Source of the DNA: Lepidodermella squamata | Taxonomy: Eukaryota; Animalia; Gastrotricha | Assembly: GCA_047495785.1 (NCBI GenBank) | Contig: JBLDXI010000074.1 | Location: 372,001-436,000, forward strand | Direction: 5' to 3' | DNA: 64,000 nucleotides | In this document: positions 1 to 13,161 of the stretch, in pieces | How positions within the stretch are numbered: the stretch's first letter is position 1 | Layout: each line of letters opens with the position of its first letter | The notes under the pieces: model-generated | Seen by the model: only the letters and a program-made list of their open reading frames with translations | Told to the model about the DNA's origin: nothing | Database searches by the model: none | Position numbers and translations under genes: made by a program

Positions 1-472
1 TACGACGGCTTGTTCATACGAGTATTTTCTATGCATACAATGTTTCTTACCAGGTGGTGTTTTGCCTCCAGCGATAATACTAATAATACTATTTAGCACA
101 ACTCCGGTCGCTCTTCACAAACAATACACTTGAATTATACTTAAATGATGTACCTACCTACTATCATTGTGAATGAACTGTCACTGAACGCAATGTACAA
201 TTTTTCGACGACTCGCTTGCGTCATTTTTTTGTGGCTACTGCATTTATGAAACAGAATTATTACGCGTTAATTATTGATCGTTGTCACACAGTGAGTGAA
301 CGCGATACCTCAATGTTGAGAGAAACCAAAACTTCGAAATGGGAATTTCCAATTGTCGAATAAACGCTATTTTTAGCTAAAAGCAACGCATTTTTTAACC
401 AAACAAAACAAGCTTTATTCAAAAACTTTGACCAATCAAAAATAAGGAGTGTTAAAGAGTTCACAACAAAGT

Positions 473-1693
<1,221 letters not shown>

Positions 1694-2516
1694 TTTCAAA
1701 AAGGCGTCTAGACAAAATAAAACGATAATTTCAGACCACAGCAAACATCCGCGAGATGAATTTGTTTTCGAAGCATGAGATTTTGCTGAAAGCAAAGATG
1801 TCAAATGCCACAATATAGAACATTCGGAATGACAGAAAGCTCTCAATTTGGGACGTAATAGATTAAGTATATCTCTAATCTTTATCAATCTCAATTCCAA
1901 AGAATTTGGTGTATTTCCCTTCGCCTCTTCCGTAAGCCTCAGATAAGTTATAATTCAGTCGTAGATATGACGCAGATCAAAACGGGATGATCCCCTTCGA
2001 TTCTTAATGAGTTTTAAACTGAAAAACGAAAGACGCTGCCAGCCTTATATTTGATCACGTTACTTTCAAAAATTCTTGAATGTACTAAACTAGTAATTAT
2101 TGTATCATCAATTCGTTATTAATATTTGGGCAAACTCTGTCTGAAGGTGTATTGTTTGCATATTATATTTTAGGTTTTGGCGGGGAAAAAACCTGGTGGG
2201 CTTTTTTGACGGATTTTTGAGCGCCGAGATATATTTCCATGCATAGTGAAACGAACCCACTTCCCACTTGTTTGTTTGTTTGTTTGTTTTGAGATTCCCC
2301 AAGCCGAAACCCGAAGCGCCGATATTTTCCACCTATGCTTTGAGAAGGTATTCAGTCAATAGCCAGTCTGAACTTGAATGTTGTGATCTCACGTTTGACC
2401 AGTGTGTAAGAATATTGGTTATTTTTAGCAATCGTCAATCAGCTATGTATTAATTCAGCTTTCTCCAATAGAGGCTTTAATTGCGATAAATGTTAGCATA
2501 GCTGTTTCAATTATCG

Positions 2517-3926
2517 ATGGCTGGTCGACCAGAAGAAAACCTTGTGAACGAAGACAGCTGGTTCTATGTAAATGAACCTCAAAATAACGTTAACGCTGGT
2601 GACAAGCTTATCGGCACCCTGGATTTCGCCTTTTCACAGTGGTCACTAGGTGGACTTATTTCTTCACACAGCGACCCAACTTCGTGGTCATTTATATCTG
2701 AGCGACTTCTGTCCGAAATCTTTTTGGGTCCATTGGGTACCTCGAATCCTAACGCTAGCCTGCTGTCTTCCGAGGTTCTAAATGCATTTGAACGAGCCTT
2801 TGAAGCAACCGAGCTAAACTGCAATCGAGCTTTGGAGCTCTGCAATGACGAACTAGCTGCGCTTGGAATACAACTGGAGCAGTTGGAATCCGATCCCAAC
2901 TCCTCAACCGCTCTGGGAAACCAACAACGGCAGTTTTTGCAAGGAAGAATCGAGTCTTGTAAGGCAACCATAAATCGATTAAACGATTGCGTGACAACAT
3001 GCATCTCTCTTATTCGCAACGAGAATGAAATATACATTGCCAATCTTGGAGATTTTCATGCTGTTTTGGTAACCGGCGGTAAAGGCCATCCTGGATTCAG
3101 CGTTCGCCAAATTTGCGCCCCGCACGATTTGTTCAACGTTGGCGAGCATGATCGTTTGCACAGTCTGAATCTTTCAACAGCTGAAATGAACACATATTTT
3201 GGCCACGTTGGTGCTTTTTCAAAAGATTTGCCCAAATTCGTCCGGTGTTTTGCTGGCGGATCAAGCAAACGGCCTGGTAGCCCGATAAGTGCCTCGCCTT
3301 CGATTTTCGGACCTGTTGCTATTGATTCGGCTGGTTTCATCGCGATTTACAATTCTGCTTTTCACAACACTGTTGAACAAAATAATTTCGGCTCGTCGAG
3401 TGTTGCTGATTTTATTGCTTCCCAAATTTTTCCTCTCGTCAATCTGCCTCATTCTGAGCGTCAAGCTGCTTTGAAACGTGCGACTGAAAACATTGTGAAA
3501 CGGACTTTACTGCCAGTTGAGCAACCTCACGCTTTTTTCATTCGTTGGCTTAGTGATCACCCAACTCATACACCTGGTTGCAGTTTATCTCTGGCGCCTT
3601 TATCTATCAACGTTGATGGCGAAAATGGTTTCCCAACGTGGGAATGGGCGCCGCCACCCGGTACCGTAATAACAACTGCCGACAATATTCCGTCAAGCCT
3701 ATCACCCGCCGCTCGATTACCCCAGCCTAGGGTTGAAGAAGAGGCGCCGAGAGTCAATCGGGCGCAAAATCAGCCACAAACATCGTCCGAGTGGATCCCG
3801 GCCTATGTTGATTTAATTCCGACAAGCCGTGGCCGTATCGAGAGCCAGCAAGATATTGATAACGTATTCGCCGATTACGCACGAGGCCGCCTTTCTGCCG
3901 AAGAATTGCGAATTATCGGCCTATAG
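2517..3926 (+). CDS. PP2C-like pseudophosphatase, probable TAK1-binding protein 1 (TAB1)-like
   Basis: 469-aa intronless ORF with a PP2C-fold motif (IYIANLGDFHAVL) and a C-terminal IPAYVDL resembling TAB1 PYVDF. Confidence 0.6.
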   Translation: MAGRPEENLVNEDSWFYVNEPQNNVNAGDKLIGTLDFAFSQWSLGGLISSHSDPTSWSFISERLLSEIFLGPLGTSNPNASLLSSEVLNAFERAFEATELNCNRALELCNDELAALGIQLEQLESDPNSSTALGNQQRQFLQGRIESCKATINRLNDCVTTCISLIRNENEIYIANLGDFHAVLVTGGKGHPGFSVRQICAPHDLFNVGEHDRLHSLNLSTAEMNTYFGHVGAFSKDLPKFVRCFAGGSSKRPGSPISASPSIFGPVAIDSAGFIAIYNSAFHNTVEQNNFGSSSVADFIASQIFPLVNLPHSERQAALKRATENIVKRTLLPVEQPHAFFIRWLSDHPTHTPGCSLSLAPLSINVDGENGFPTWEWAPPPGTVITTADNIPSSLSPAARLPQPRVEEEAPRVNRAQNQPQTSSEWIPAYVDLIPTSRGRIESQQDIDNVFADYARGRLSAEELRIIGL

Positions 3927-4133
3927 CTGCTTTATCAGTTGTCATGTCATGCTTGTGTTTCAGAGCTAGTTTGCGGTTTTCCATGTATTTTTTGCCATCA
4001 ATGTCAATCACACACATCTATGACTTTTGCTATTTAATGAAGAAAAAATTCCGATTTAATCAAGTTTCTTAATAATGCCGGACTAATTATTATATTTGGT
4101 GTTATTTTTAGGGTTTATCATAACGAGCTAAAA

Positions 4134-4475
4134 ATGTTGATTAAAGTCAAGGTAAAATTAAGCTTTCGAATTTACTGCTTTTTTTTACGGCATTTGCTTA
4201 CAGACTTTGACTGGAAAAGAGGTCGAAATCGATATCGAACCGACCGACAAGGTGGAACGAATCAAGGAGCGCATTGAAGAAAAGGAAGGCATTCCACCTC
4301 AACAGCAACGCCTAATTTTCAGCGGAAAACAGATGTAAATTTCTGAAATCTTCTTGAAAATTGAAAATTTCAATTGTTTCTTGCTAGGAATGACGATAAA
4401 ACTGCTCAAGAGTACAAAGTTCAGGGTGGCTCAGTGCTGCATCTTGTCCTGGCGCTCCGAGGTGGATCATTTTAA
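4134..4475 (+). CDS. NEDD8: NEDD8 ubiquitin-like protein, 3 exons (missed by the ORF track)
   Basis: Spliced: [78 protein letters not shown]. Confidence 0.97.
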
Positions 4476-4739
4476 CGTCGTCGATTCGTAATATTATTCA
4501 TCTGCAATTCATCCCAATTCGTCGTCAAGTTTATCACTACAACCTGTGTTTTTCTCTGACAAGATCCGCGTGATTATAAAAAGCAAAATGTTTGGTTTCA
4601 TTATAAAAAAGATTTTTTAAATTTGCTTCAAGCAAATAAAATGAACACGTTAGCTAACTCGGCTTTTCTTATTAACAAAACTAACACGCTCAGCTATTAA
4701 TTGAACGTTTTCAAGATTCATAGTATATTTTATTGAGAA

Positions 4740-5927
4740 ATGGCGTTCCATTTGAAAGTTTTGAAGTTCTTCGATGTTGTTCTGCTATTTATATCACGGC
4801 TTTTGTTTCGAGAGCGGAAAATTTCGGGCGATATTGCTCTGGTTACTGGAGGAGCCCAGGGCATAGGGCGCTGCATAACTCAAGAACTGGTTAATCGGGG
4901 CGCCGTTGTAGTTATTTTGGACGTGAATAAAGGACTGTTAGACAAAACGGTTGGCGAGTTCAAGGCAGCTGGGCATAAGGTCCACGGCTACGCGTGTGAT
5001 GTTTCGAAAGAATCGGAAGTGGCGAATGTTATTAAGCAAATATCGCGCGAGGTTGGCCCCATTGATGCTCTATACAACAATGCCGGTATTATCTGCGCCA
5101 AAACGTTAGTTGATCTCGAACCGGCTGTTGTTGAAAAAACGATTGGTGTCAATTTACTGGCCCATTTTTGGGTAAAAATAATGAAAAAATACTGGATATT
5201 TTTATTTTATTTTATTTTTCAATTTCCAGACCATTAGAAATGTGTTGCCTCAAATGAAGAGTCGAGGCAAGGGTATCATCGTTAATGTTTCTTCGATGGC
5301 TGGAGTTGGCGGAGTTCCTCTCATGTCTGCTTATTCTGCATCGAAATTCGGCGTTATTGGCATGTCTGAGTCGCTTCGCTTCGAGTTGATGGTCGAGAAA
5401 AGCCCTATTACAGTCCATATCGCGATGCCTTTCTTCATTAAAACTGCGATGAACGACATCTACTTGCCACCGGCTCTGCAACGAAAGGAGTAATTATTGA
5501 CTTCTGCCCCTGAATATTCACCCGCTGTTATTCAATAATTTAATATTTTATAGGGCTATATCAGATTTGACTGAGCCAGAGGATTGCGCGAAAATAATCG
5601 TGGAAGAAAGTCTTCGTGGCCGCTTTAAAATCTACGTTCCGCATTCGAGTATCATTCCTGCTACCCTTGGACCGTAAGTCATCATAATGCGTCTTCATTT
5701 GTCTTATTTCAATGCAATGCTTCAGCTTGATCCGAAGCTGCTTTGAAATTTGAAAAACCCTAGTTCAAGTAGAGCAAAGATAATAAATATTTTCAAATTA
5801 AATAAATAAAAGAAAGTTGATAGAAAATGAAAATTGATTAGAAACATATTCTTTCAGATTACTGCCAACTCCATTGATCGATTTCGTTTCGAAAACGAGT
5901 GGCTTTTTAAGCCTGGAAGCCAAATGA
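4740..5927 (+). CDS. Short-chain dehydrogenase/reductase, SDR16C-like (RDH10/HSD17B11 type), copy 1, 4 exons
   Basis: TGGAQGIG, NNAG, YSASK and a hydrophobic N-terminus; GT-AG introns. Confidence 0.9.
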
Positions 5928-7323
5928 AAGCTAAACAGCTGCAGACTTGAAACAAAGCTTTTCTTGAAATAACCGTTCTTATACACTACAAACGAATCGC
6001 ATTCATCCTATGAACGAAGACAATATTATATATTATTAGTTGATTTTACCTATATTTTGGTTGCGGTTGAAATGTTTTGCTTATTTTATTTGCAAGATGC
6101 ATACTCATAATAAAATGTTATTTTCCCGTATTGTTTGAATGTAAAGTAAGAAGATGGGCGATCTACTGAATCTTGTATTGAATGTAATAAATTATTCATG
6201 AAATGAACTGCCAAAAATATTTCTGATAACATTCACTCTCTAAGCTTATCAAGAATCTGTAATAATATGCCGACTGGCATCTCGCAATCGAACTATAATT
6301 AATACTGGCTTTTATGATATCATGTGATCATTAATTAGGAAAATTTGCTGCGTAATCTCATGTTCGACTTATTTATTTCTCAATGATGTTTGGGGCCAAG
6401 AATGGCATATCAACGTTAGATTAATTTAAATAAAGTTAGTCTTTTGCTGTCCTACAACAATTTGTGTTACCCGGGCGCGGTCGAAGGTATTCAACCGATA
6501 AATAAGAATCCGTGTCACAATACCGATGGTTTGCATAAACGGGATAGAGCGAAGCTTATCAGTGGTAAAATTCAATCGGAAAAACGATGGAATGTTGTAC
6601 AAAGTGTATAGAAATCGCCAAACATGCTGATAATTTTCCAAACGTAAGAGAAAACGATAAAAAATCGCTTTTTCAAATTTCGAAATTCGTCAAGCCTAAT
6701 CCTGGCATTTATCTCTCGAAAATCGAATATGCCCTGAGGCACGGGTGCGGCGCACGCGATCGCTTTTAACGCAACAGCTCTGGTTCCTATTGCTCTCCAC
6801 CCTGCTCGGACCGACACCTCGGCCGGCCCATGTCCAGTGAAGTAGAATTCGTTCAAATTCGTTCAATTTACAGTAAATGCTGCAATAATAGGGCACTTAT
6901 TAGATCGACCCGAGCGCAGTTTGTGAGTCGTCACCTATACTTCGGCCCGAACGCACCCATCGGGTTCGGGCTCATGATTCCCAAGACAAAATTTTATAAA
7001 TGAAATCCCTCACATCATCCGAGACCTTATGTAGGCCGACCTTGTCGTCATGTCGGTATAAGAACAAAATGGATATCAAATTTACTATCAACATATATCT
7101 GGGAATTGCAGTTTTCGATAACGAGTCACCGAATATCGTAGTGTCCCAAGGTTGAGATCTTGATAACACAGTAGTTTGAACTACAGTTTCGCAGCCATTG
7201 TGAACAAAAAATCAAAATAGTCCCATTTCAAATTTCTATCGGGTGCTGCCGGCAAGGCTGCCTGGTCTGAGAGAATTTGTTAGCTGCATTAGTAGAGCAC
7301 TTAATAGTACGCTTTCCATTCCA

Positions 7324-7501
7324 TTGATTTAAATGGGACAAGCCGTGGCCGAATCGAGAGTCAGCAAGATATTGATAACGGTTTCGCTGATTACGCCACA
7401 GGCTGCCTTTCTGTCGAGGAGTTAAGAATTATAGGCCCATTAACCATTAATCTCCCTAAATAAAAAAAGAAATCCGCTTTATCAGTTGTCATGTCATGCT
7501 T
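7324..7501 (+). pseudogene. Duplicated remnant of the TAB1-like 3' end and 3'UTR
   Basis: gacaagccgtggccg..agagtcagcaagatattgataac..ctttatcagttgtcatgtcatgctt matches 3808-3954. Confidence 0.88.
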
Positions 7502-7629
7502 GGGGCTTGGGCTACTTTTTGCTGCTTTTTGTAAAATGAACTCGATTTTTGTAATTAACGGAACTAGCACGCTCAGCTCTATATTGAATGTTTCCTAGAC
7601 GGTTCCTGGACTAATACCTGTATTAAAAA

Positions 7630-9236
7630 ATGACATTTCGCCTGAAAGTTATGAAGTTTATCGATGTTATTCTGCTATTTATATCCCGTCTCTTGTTTCG
7701 AGAGCGGAAAGTTTCGGGTGATATTGCTTTGGTAACCGGAGGAGCCCAGGGCATAGGGCGCTGTATAACTCAAGAACTGGTAAACCGAGGAGCTGTTGTT
7801 GCTATCGTGGACATAAATAAGGGACTCTTGGACAAAACGGTTGGCGAGCTGAGGGCTGCTGGGCATAGGGTTCACGGCTACGTGTGTGATGTTACAAAAG
7901 AACCAGAAGTGGCGAATGTTATAAAGCAAATTTCGCGCGATGTTGGTCCCATTGACATTCTATACAACAATGCCGGTATAATTTGCGCGAAAACGTTAGC
8001 TGATCTGGAACCTGCTGTCATTGAAAAAACGATTGGTGTCAATTTACTGGCTCATTTTTGGGTAAAACAAGAAAAGGGTGTTCAAATTTGCATTCCCAAA
8101 TCCCAAATATAACCTTAACGCTGGGCCCACCTGGAACGCAGAGTTTGCATTCCAAGATTTTCCTCACTAAAATTGTTTTCAAACTTTTTTGGCTGTTTTC
8201 TAACTGGCTGCCCGCATACCTTGGGGGCCTCATATCACCAAGGAAACAAATTATTAAGTAAAATGTGTTTCTTTGCCAGTTTCAGTCTGTTTCTGAGTTT
8301 TTTGACAGCATTTGGAGCCGTTAAGTACTCGATTTACTTATTTGGGACTACAAATTCGGTTTTGGGGTCAAAATGTTAGCTTTGGGAACGAAAGGTTAGA
8401 ATTAGGGAACGACTTTGAAGATGGATGGTTAGATTTGGGATGCAAAGCTACTAACCCGTAAGTAAATAATATCGCATTTGCTGACTTTTCTTAATTCTCA
8501 AGACCATAAGAAATATTCTGCCACAAATGAAGAGTCGAGGCAAAGGAATAATTGTAAATCTCTCTTCGATGGCCGGAGTTGGCGGAGTTCCTCTCATGTC
8601 TGCTTATTCTGCATCGAAATTCGGCGTAATTGGCATGTCCGAGTCGCTTCGCTTCGAGTTGATGGTCGAGAAAAGCCCTATTACAGTCCATATCGCGATG
8701 CCTTTCTTCATTAAAACAGCAATGAATGAAATTTACATGCCGGCGGCTGTGCGAAGAAGGGAGTAAATATTGATTGCCATCTCTGAATATTCACCTTCTG
8801 ATACTCAATTCTTTTTATGCTTAGAGCCATTTCGGATGTGACTGAGCCGGAGGATTGTGCGAAAGTTATTGTGGAAGAAAGTCTCCGTGGTCGCTTCAAA
8901 ATCTACGTTCCGCATTCGAGCATCATCACTGCTACGATGGGAACGTAAGTATTTTACATGTTCGCTTGCGTTGTATTAATCCCTCATCATTATTCAACTG
9001 GTTTCGGGCTTCGTGCAGATTAAGAAAACACGTTCGACGTTTAAAGAACCAGTAAGTAGAGAAAGTCCAATTTAGACATTCAATTTTTCAAGCCACCGAA
9101 GGTGGTCCTGTTTAGACTGGTCCGGATTATACAACTTTCACTGTACATCAAACATTTATATTCCAGATTACTGCCCACTCCATTGACCGATCGTCTCAAC
9201 AAAAATTCTGGATTTTTGACATTGGACGCTAAATGA
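7630..9236 (+). CDS. SDR16C-like dehydrogenase, copy 2 (tandem paralog), 4 exons
   Basis: Protein highly similar to copy 1, with the same intron positions. Confidence 0.9.
8076..8457. mobile_element. MITE-like insertion in intron 1 of SDR copy 2
   Basis: Intron about 440 nt versus about 58 nt in copy 1; imperfect terminal IRs ggg..tttgcattcccaaat / atttgggatgcaaa..ccc. Confidence 0.55.
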
Positions 9237-9668
9237 AAGCAGCAACTTTGAGAACAAATTTCAGAAAGTTTGTTTGTGTTGCTAAATAAGAAAAATCGCA
9301 TTCAAATGGTTGACGATATCTTTAGTTGAGTTTATTTGATTTTAAATTTGTTTTGCTCGTGGTTGAAATTTTCTGCATATTGCGAGACGTAGCAATTATA
9401 CCCTTGAATAAAACATTGTTTACCAATGGTTGTACGAAAAATATTAATCGTTTAAATAGAATTAACAAGGTGTAATATCTTTTTGTGGCATAATTTCAAC
9501 AGGCATTTCCTCCAAATGGCAATAACACATTGAAAATCTTAAAAAATTGCTCATCCTATTGGGTATATTTAACATTTATTGCAAAAAGATGCCCATGAAC
9601 AATTACAAAAGAGAAAATCACATGATCACAATAAGCGATGGGGTAAAAAACGCAGAAAATTGAAGAAT

Positions 9669-10600
9669 TTAGTCATCTTCGATTTCGAACGATAAGAGCT
9701 TTCGATCGGCTACCGCTCGTGATTCTGACTTCTTCTTAACTGGACCAGAAGATGATCCAGACCTAGCTGAACCCTGTTCGCCAAAAACTCCATCCTGCCG
9801 CCATTTTTTCGAGCTATTTGACTCAGGCTCCTGCTTTCCTTCATCGTCAGATTCTTCTTTTTCCGCAGCAGCACTTTGACTCGTCGGCTTTTTGAAAACA
9901 AATTTTCCTCCTGTGGCTACAATTTTCTCGACATCGACTAAATAAAAAGGAATAGACTTTGAACATTGGCATTAATTTGGCTAACCAGTCTCAATCGGCT
10001 TTTTGGCAACGGCGGATTTTGAGGCCGATCGGTTGTACACGATATCAAGCGTTTTCTTCATTTCATTTCCATCGCTTTTCAATTGGCCGGGAACGTTAAT
10101 TTGGCCAGTTAAATCAATTTCCTCGGCTTCATTCAATGAATCTTTCGAGTCTTCATCCTTTATAACGTCCTTTCCATCGCTTGTTACGACTAGTGGTTTT
10201 TCATCTGGCCGTTCGACATCATCCGGGGAAGCGGAACGACCGGGCTCGGGTCCATCTTCTTTGTTAAAGCGAGAAGTTGGTGAGAACCCTCGTTTGCGTG
10301 CTTTTTTCGGGTCAACTTCGTCATCTGAGCCGGAATTCGAGGCGCGATCTTCCTCTTCCTCATTTTTCGGCGCTTTACCAGACATAAACTGTTGATGACA
10401 AATAAGAATGGCCACGCCTTTTGCTAATTAAATGAACCTTCTCTTCCAGAGCTGGACCAGATAAATAGCCCGCTCTTTGCTTGAACTCTTGAAGAAACTT
10501 TGGTTCATCTCCTAAAAAAAATTCATTTTTCAAAAATTCAATTTAATACAAGCAAGGAACCTTGAATGAACGCAACATTCCTTTTCCCGCCTCGGGACAT
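9669..10600 (-). CDS. KIAA1143/DUF4604-like protein, 4 exons
   Basis: MSRGGKRNVAFIQ/GDEPKFLQEFKQRAGY...ERPDEKPLVV...RKLLSFEIEDD*, matching the N- and C-terminal hallmarks of KIAA1143. Confidence 0.75.
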
Positions 10601-10709
10601 TTTAGTGTAATAAAACTCTAATGTTCGAAGAAAATAGTCATTTTGTTAGGAAGTTTTATTATTATTATATAATTATAAGGCTCTAACAACATCTCGGCAA
10701 CAACTTGGT

Positions 10710-12101
10710 TCACTTCTTTTTCTTCGGAACGCTGTTAGGGTTTCGGCGTTCCCAGTAGGCCTTAGGGCCAGAACGGCCAGCGCTGTTGAATCCTAGTTGA
10801 GCAGCTCGGCTGGTTGTGTCGCGTAACGTAAATGGCGACTGTCTCGCAGTAAAGTCAATGTCAAGAGCGTCTATACGAGCTCGCGCTTTAGCTGACGCTC
10901 TTTGTTGAGCGCCCGGTTGATAGTCGATCAAAACCGGGTTATGAGCATACTTACCACCCTGCGGAGTAGGAAGAGAGTACTAAAAAGAATCGCATTTAGT
11001 TGAATATATAATACATAGGTATTTTCTATCATACCCTGGTTCCCTTCATCGAGAAGGGGCGTCGGCGTAGTAGGCTATACGACTTAGTGCCCTCAGAATC
11101 CGTTGTAACAGTCACACGTTCCAATGCTTTGTGACCGCAATTCGAACAAAAGCGTCTATCTGTATGTTGAATTCTGAAAGGCGTGAGTTGGCCAATGATA
11201 CTTATAATGATTTCGAAAGAATTTACTTGAAGCATGCAGCGCAGCGCAAAGCGTACGACCGAGCTTCTTTGATCAGCATCTTCATCGGCGAGAGAACGTG
11301 TAATCCAAGTTGAAGAATAACATTTTGAATCGCAAAATCAAAGGTGAGACAAGCTACAGGAAGCGTAACGTTCTCTTCGTCACAAGCACCAGCATGGGAT
11401 TCGATTGTTAGCTTAGCCAAGCCTAATGATTCAGGGGTAATCCAACCTTCCTCGTCGTCGTCATCGTCTTCTTCATCGTAATCATCTTCAGAGCCCTCTT
11501 GGATGCTCGGCGGAATCGATGGAACGTTCAGCTCAGCGCCACTTTCACGATCAAAATCACTGCTGAGAGAATCAGTGCCTTCGCTTTCACTGACCCCTCC
11601 GACAAGCGTATCTAATGAAGTCAAAGTGGAAGATGCTTGCCGAGAACGGGCTCCGCTGTGCTTCGGTTTCGGAACATAAAAACCAGGTAAATCAGCAACG
11701 CCCTGTGCGCTGTCATCTAGCCTCCAGGAGCCCTAAAATAAATGTCAGATCATGGTGATAGATACCCGCTGTTTTTCAAAGTTTACAGGCTGTGTCGGAT
11801 GGGATCTAATTTCCATTTTAGATTCAGCAGAAAGTTGACGAGTCAATGCAATGAGCTTCAAATCAGTAAGGCTCAGCTGGGCTAGATCGCCCGTAGTCCG
11901 AGCGAATTCTTGAACTGAAAGAGAGCTTCGGTATATTCCATGCCTGAATTACTCAATTTGACACTTACCAGCCTTTATATGCTCATCTGCTGGAGTTTTA
12001 GTGTTGATGGTAAATGGCGCTACGCTCAAAAAATCACGCGTGGCTTTGTCTCTGATTTCAGCCAAAACTTCGGGAATAGTTATCAAGTTACCAGAGAACT
12101 C
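10710..12101 (-). CDS. NOB1: NOB1 20S pre-rRNA endonuclease (5' exon uncertain; candidate 12223-12294)
   Basis: TIPEVLAEIRD, TGDLAQLSLTDLKLIAL, EGWITP, CLTFDFAIQNVILQLGL, zinc ribbon CAAC..FCSNCG, RRNPN. Confidence 0.92.
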
Positions 12102-12209
12102 CTGGTCAATAAAAACATAGAACATGTAGCATAAACAAACAATGCTGAAATAATACTGGTTTCAGCATTGTTTGTTTATTGTACATGTTCTCATGTTTTT
12201 ATTGACCAG
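12102..12209. repeat. Near-perfect inverted repeat (arms about 50 bp, 9-nt loop)
   Basis: ctggtcaataaaaacatagaacatgtagcataaacaaacaatgctgaaa / tttcagcattgtttgtttattgtacatgttctcatgtttttattgaccag. Confidence 0.95.
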
Positions 12210-13161
12210 CATCCGAGCTTACACTCAAGCCAGCTAACTTGAAACTGATTACTAACGATCTATTTATAATGTAAATGAAGTTTGACTTTGGCATAGTACT
12301 TGAAACATGGAATAGGGAATAGGGAATAGCAAAATTCACACAATAGTTATTGTTGGGACAGACCTATCAGGTGATAAAGCAACAGGCGGCTTGGCCAGCA
12401 TACTTCCCAGTTTTCAGAATCGCCGCGGATCCAGATTTTGCGCGCCCAAACACGTGGTTTTCTCAAAACTCAGCATTTTCATTTTATTTTTATTTTGCAA
12501 TATATCAAGAAAATTGACGAGTATAAAATCACGCGAAATGCTTTATTCGGCATTAAATAAATAAATGTGAGAACAAATTGAAGATTTTTTGCCATGCGCT
12601 CGATAATGCGCAACGTATGGCATCAGGGTGTCCTATGGTTGCCTTTTTCCTTGCTCCTTTCACCCTGGTTTTCGGTTATTTTTTTGGCTCAGTCTATCGC
12701 CGATCATGATCATCCATGTTGGATGTTGGACAGGTACATTAATTTCGAGTACGTTCATTTCGGTGTCAATTTCAATGATAGATTGCGCTACCTTATTTGT
12801 TCTTCGCCGCCCTCCGCCCTGATGCGAATTGGTTTTTAGTCTTGCCATGTTTGATAATAATAATGAATCCAAATGTAATATGCTTTACGTATTACGTACT
12901 TTTACTATCTATTATTCTGCTCCTTGCTCTTACAAGTTTGAACACTGAATGATGACTGCCAACAGGCATTGTGATGTTTGCTTATTTCTTACTTTGTTTC
13001 TATGTCCAAGTCTCAAATTGATTTAAGTATAACAGCTTGAATCTTGGATTTTATTTTCATGATTAGCGGTGCCCACGTCTTTTGTCTTTGTTGAATTGCT
13101 TATTTAACGCAGCTTTTTGTTTATCGAATTGTATAGTTAGATTGTTTGGGCACGTTTTATC

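Noticed and set aside
12594-12872. Small hydrophobic ORFs with an intron-like 48-nt GT-AG segment between NOB1 and Nopp140
   Set aside because: No frame gives a recognisable protein; unresolved
12945-13030. Possible box C/D snoRNA (ATGATGA)
   Set aside because: No downstream CTGA box D or terminal stem found
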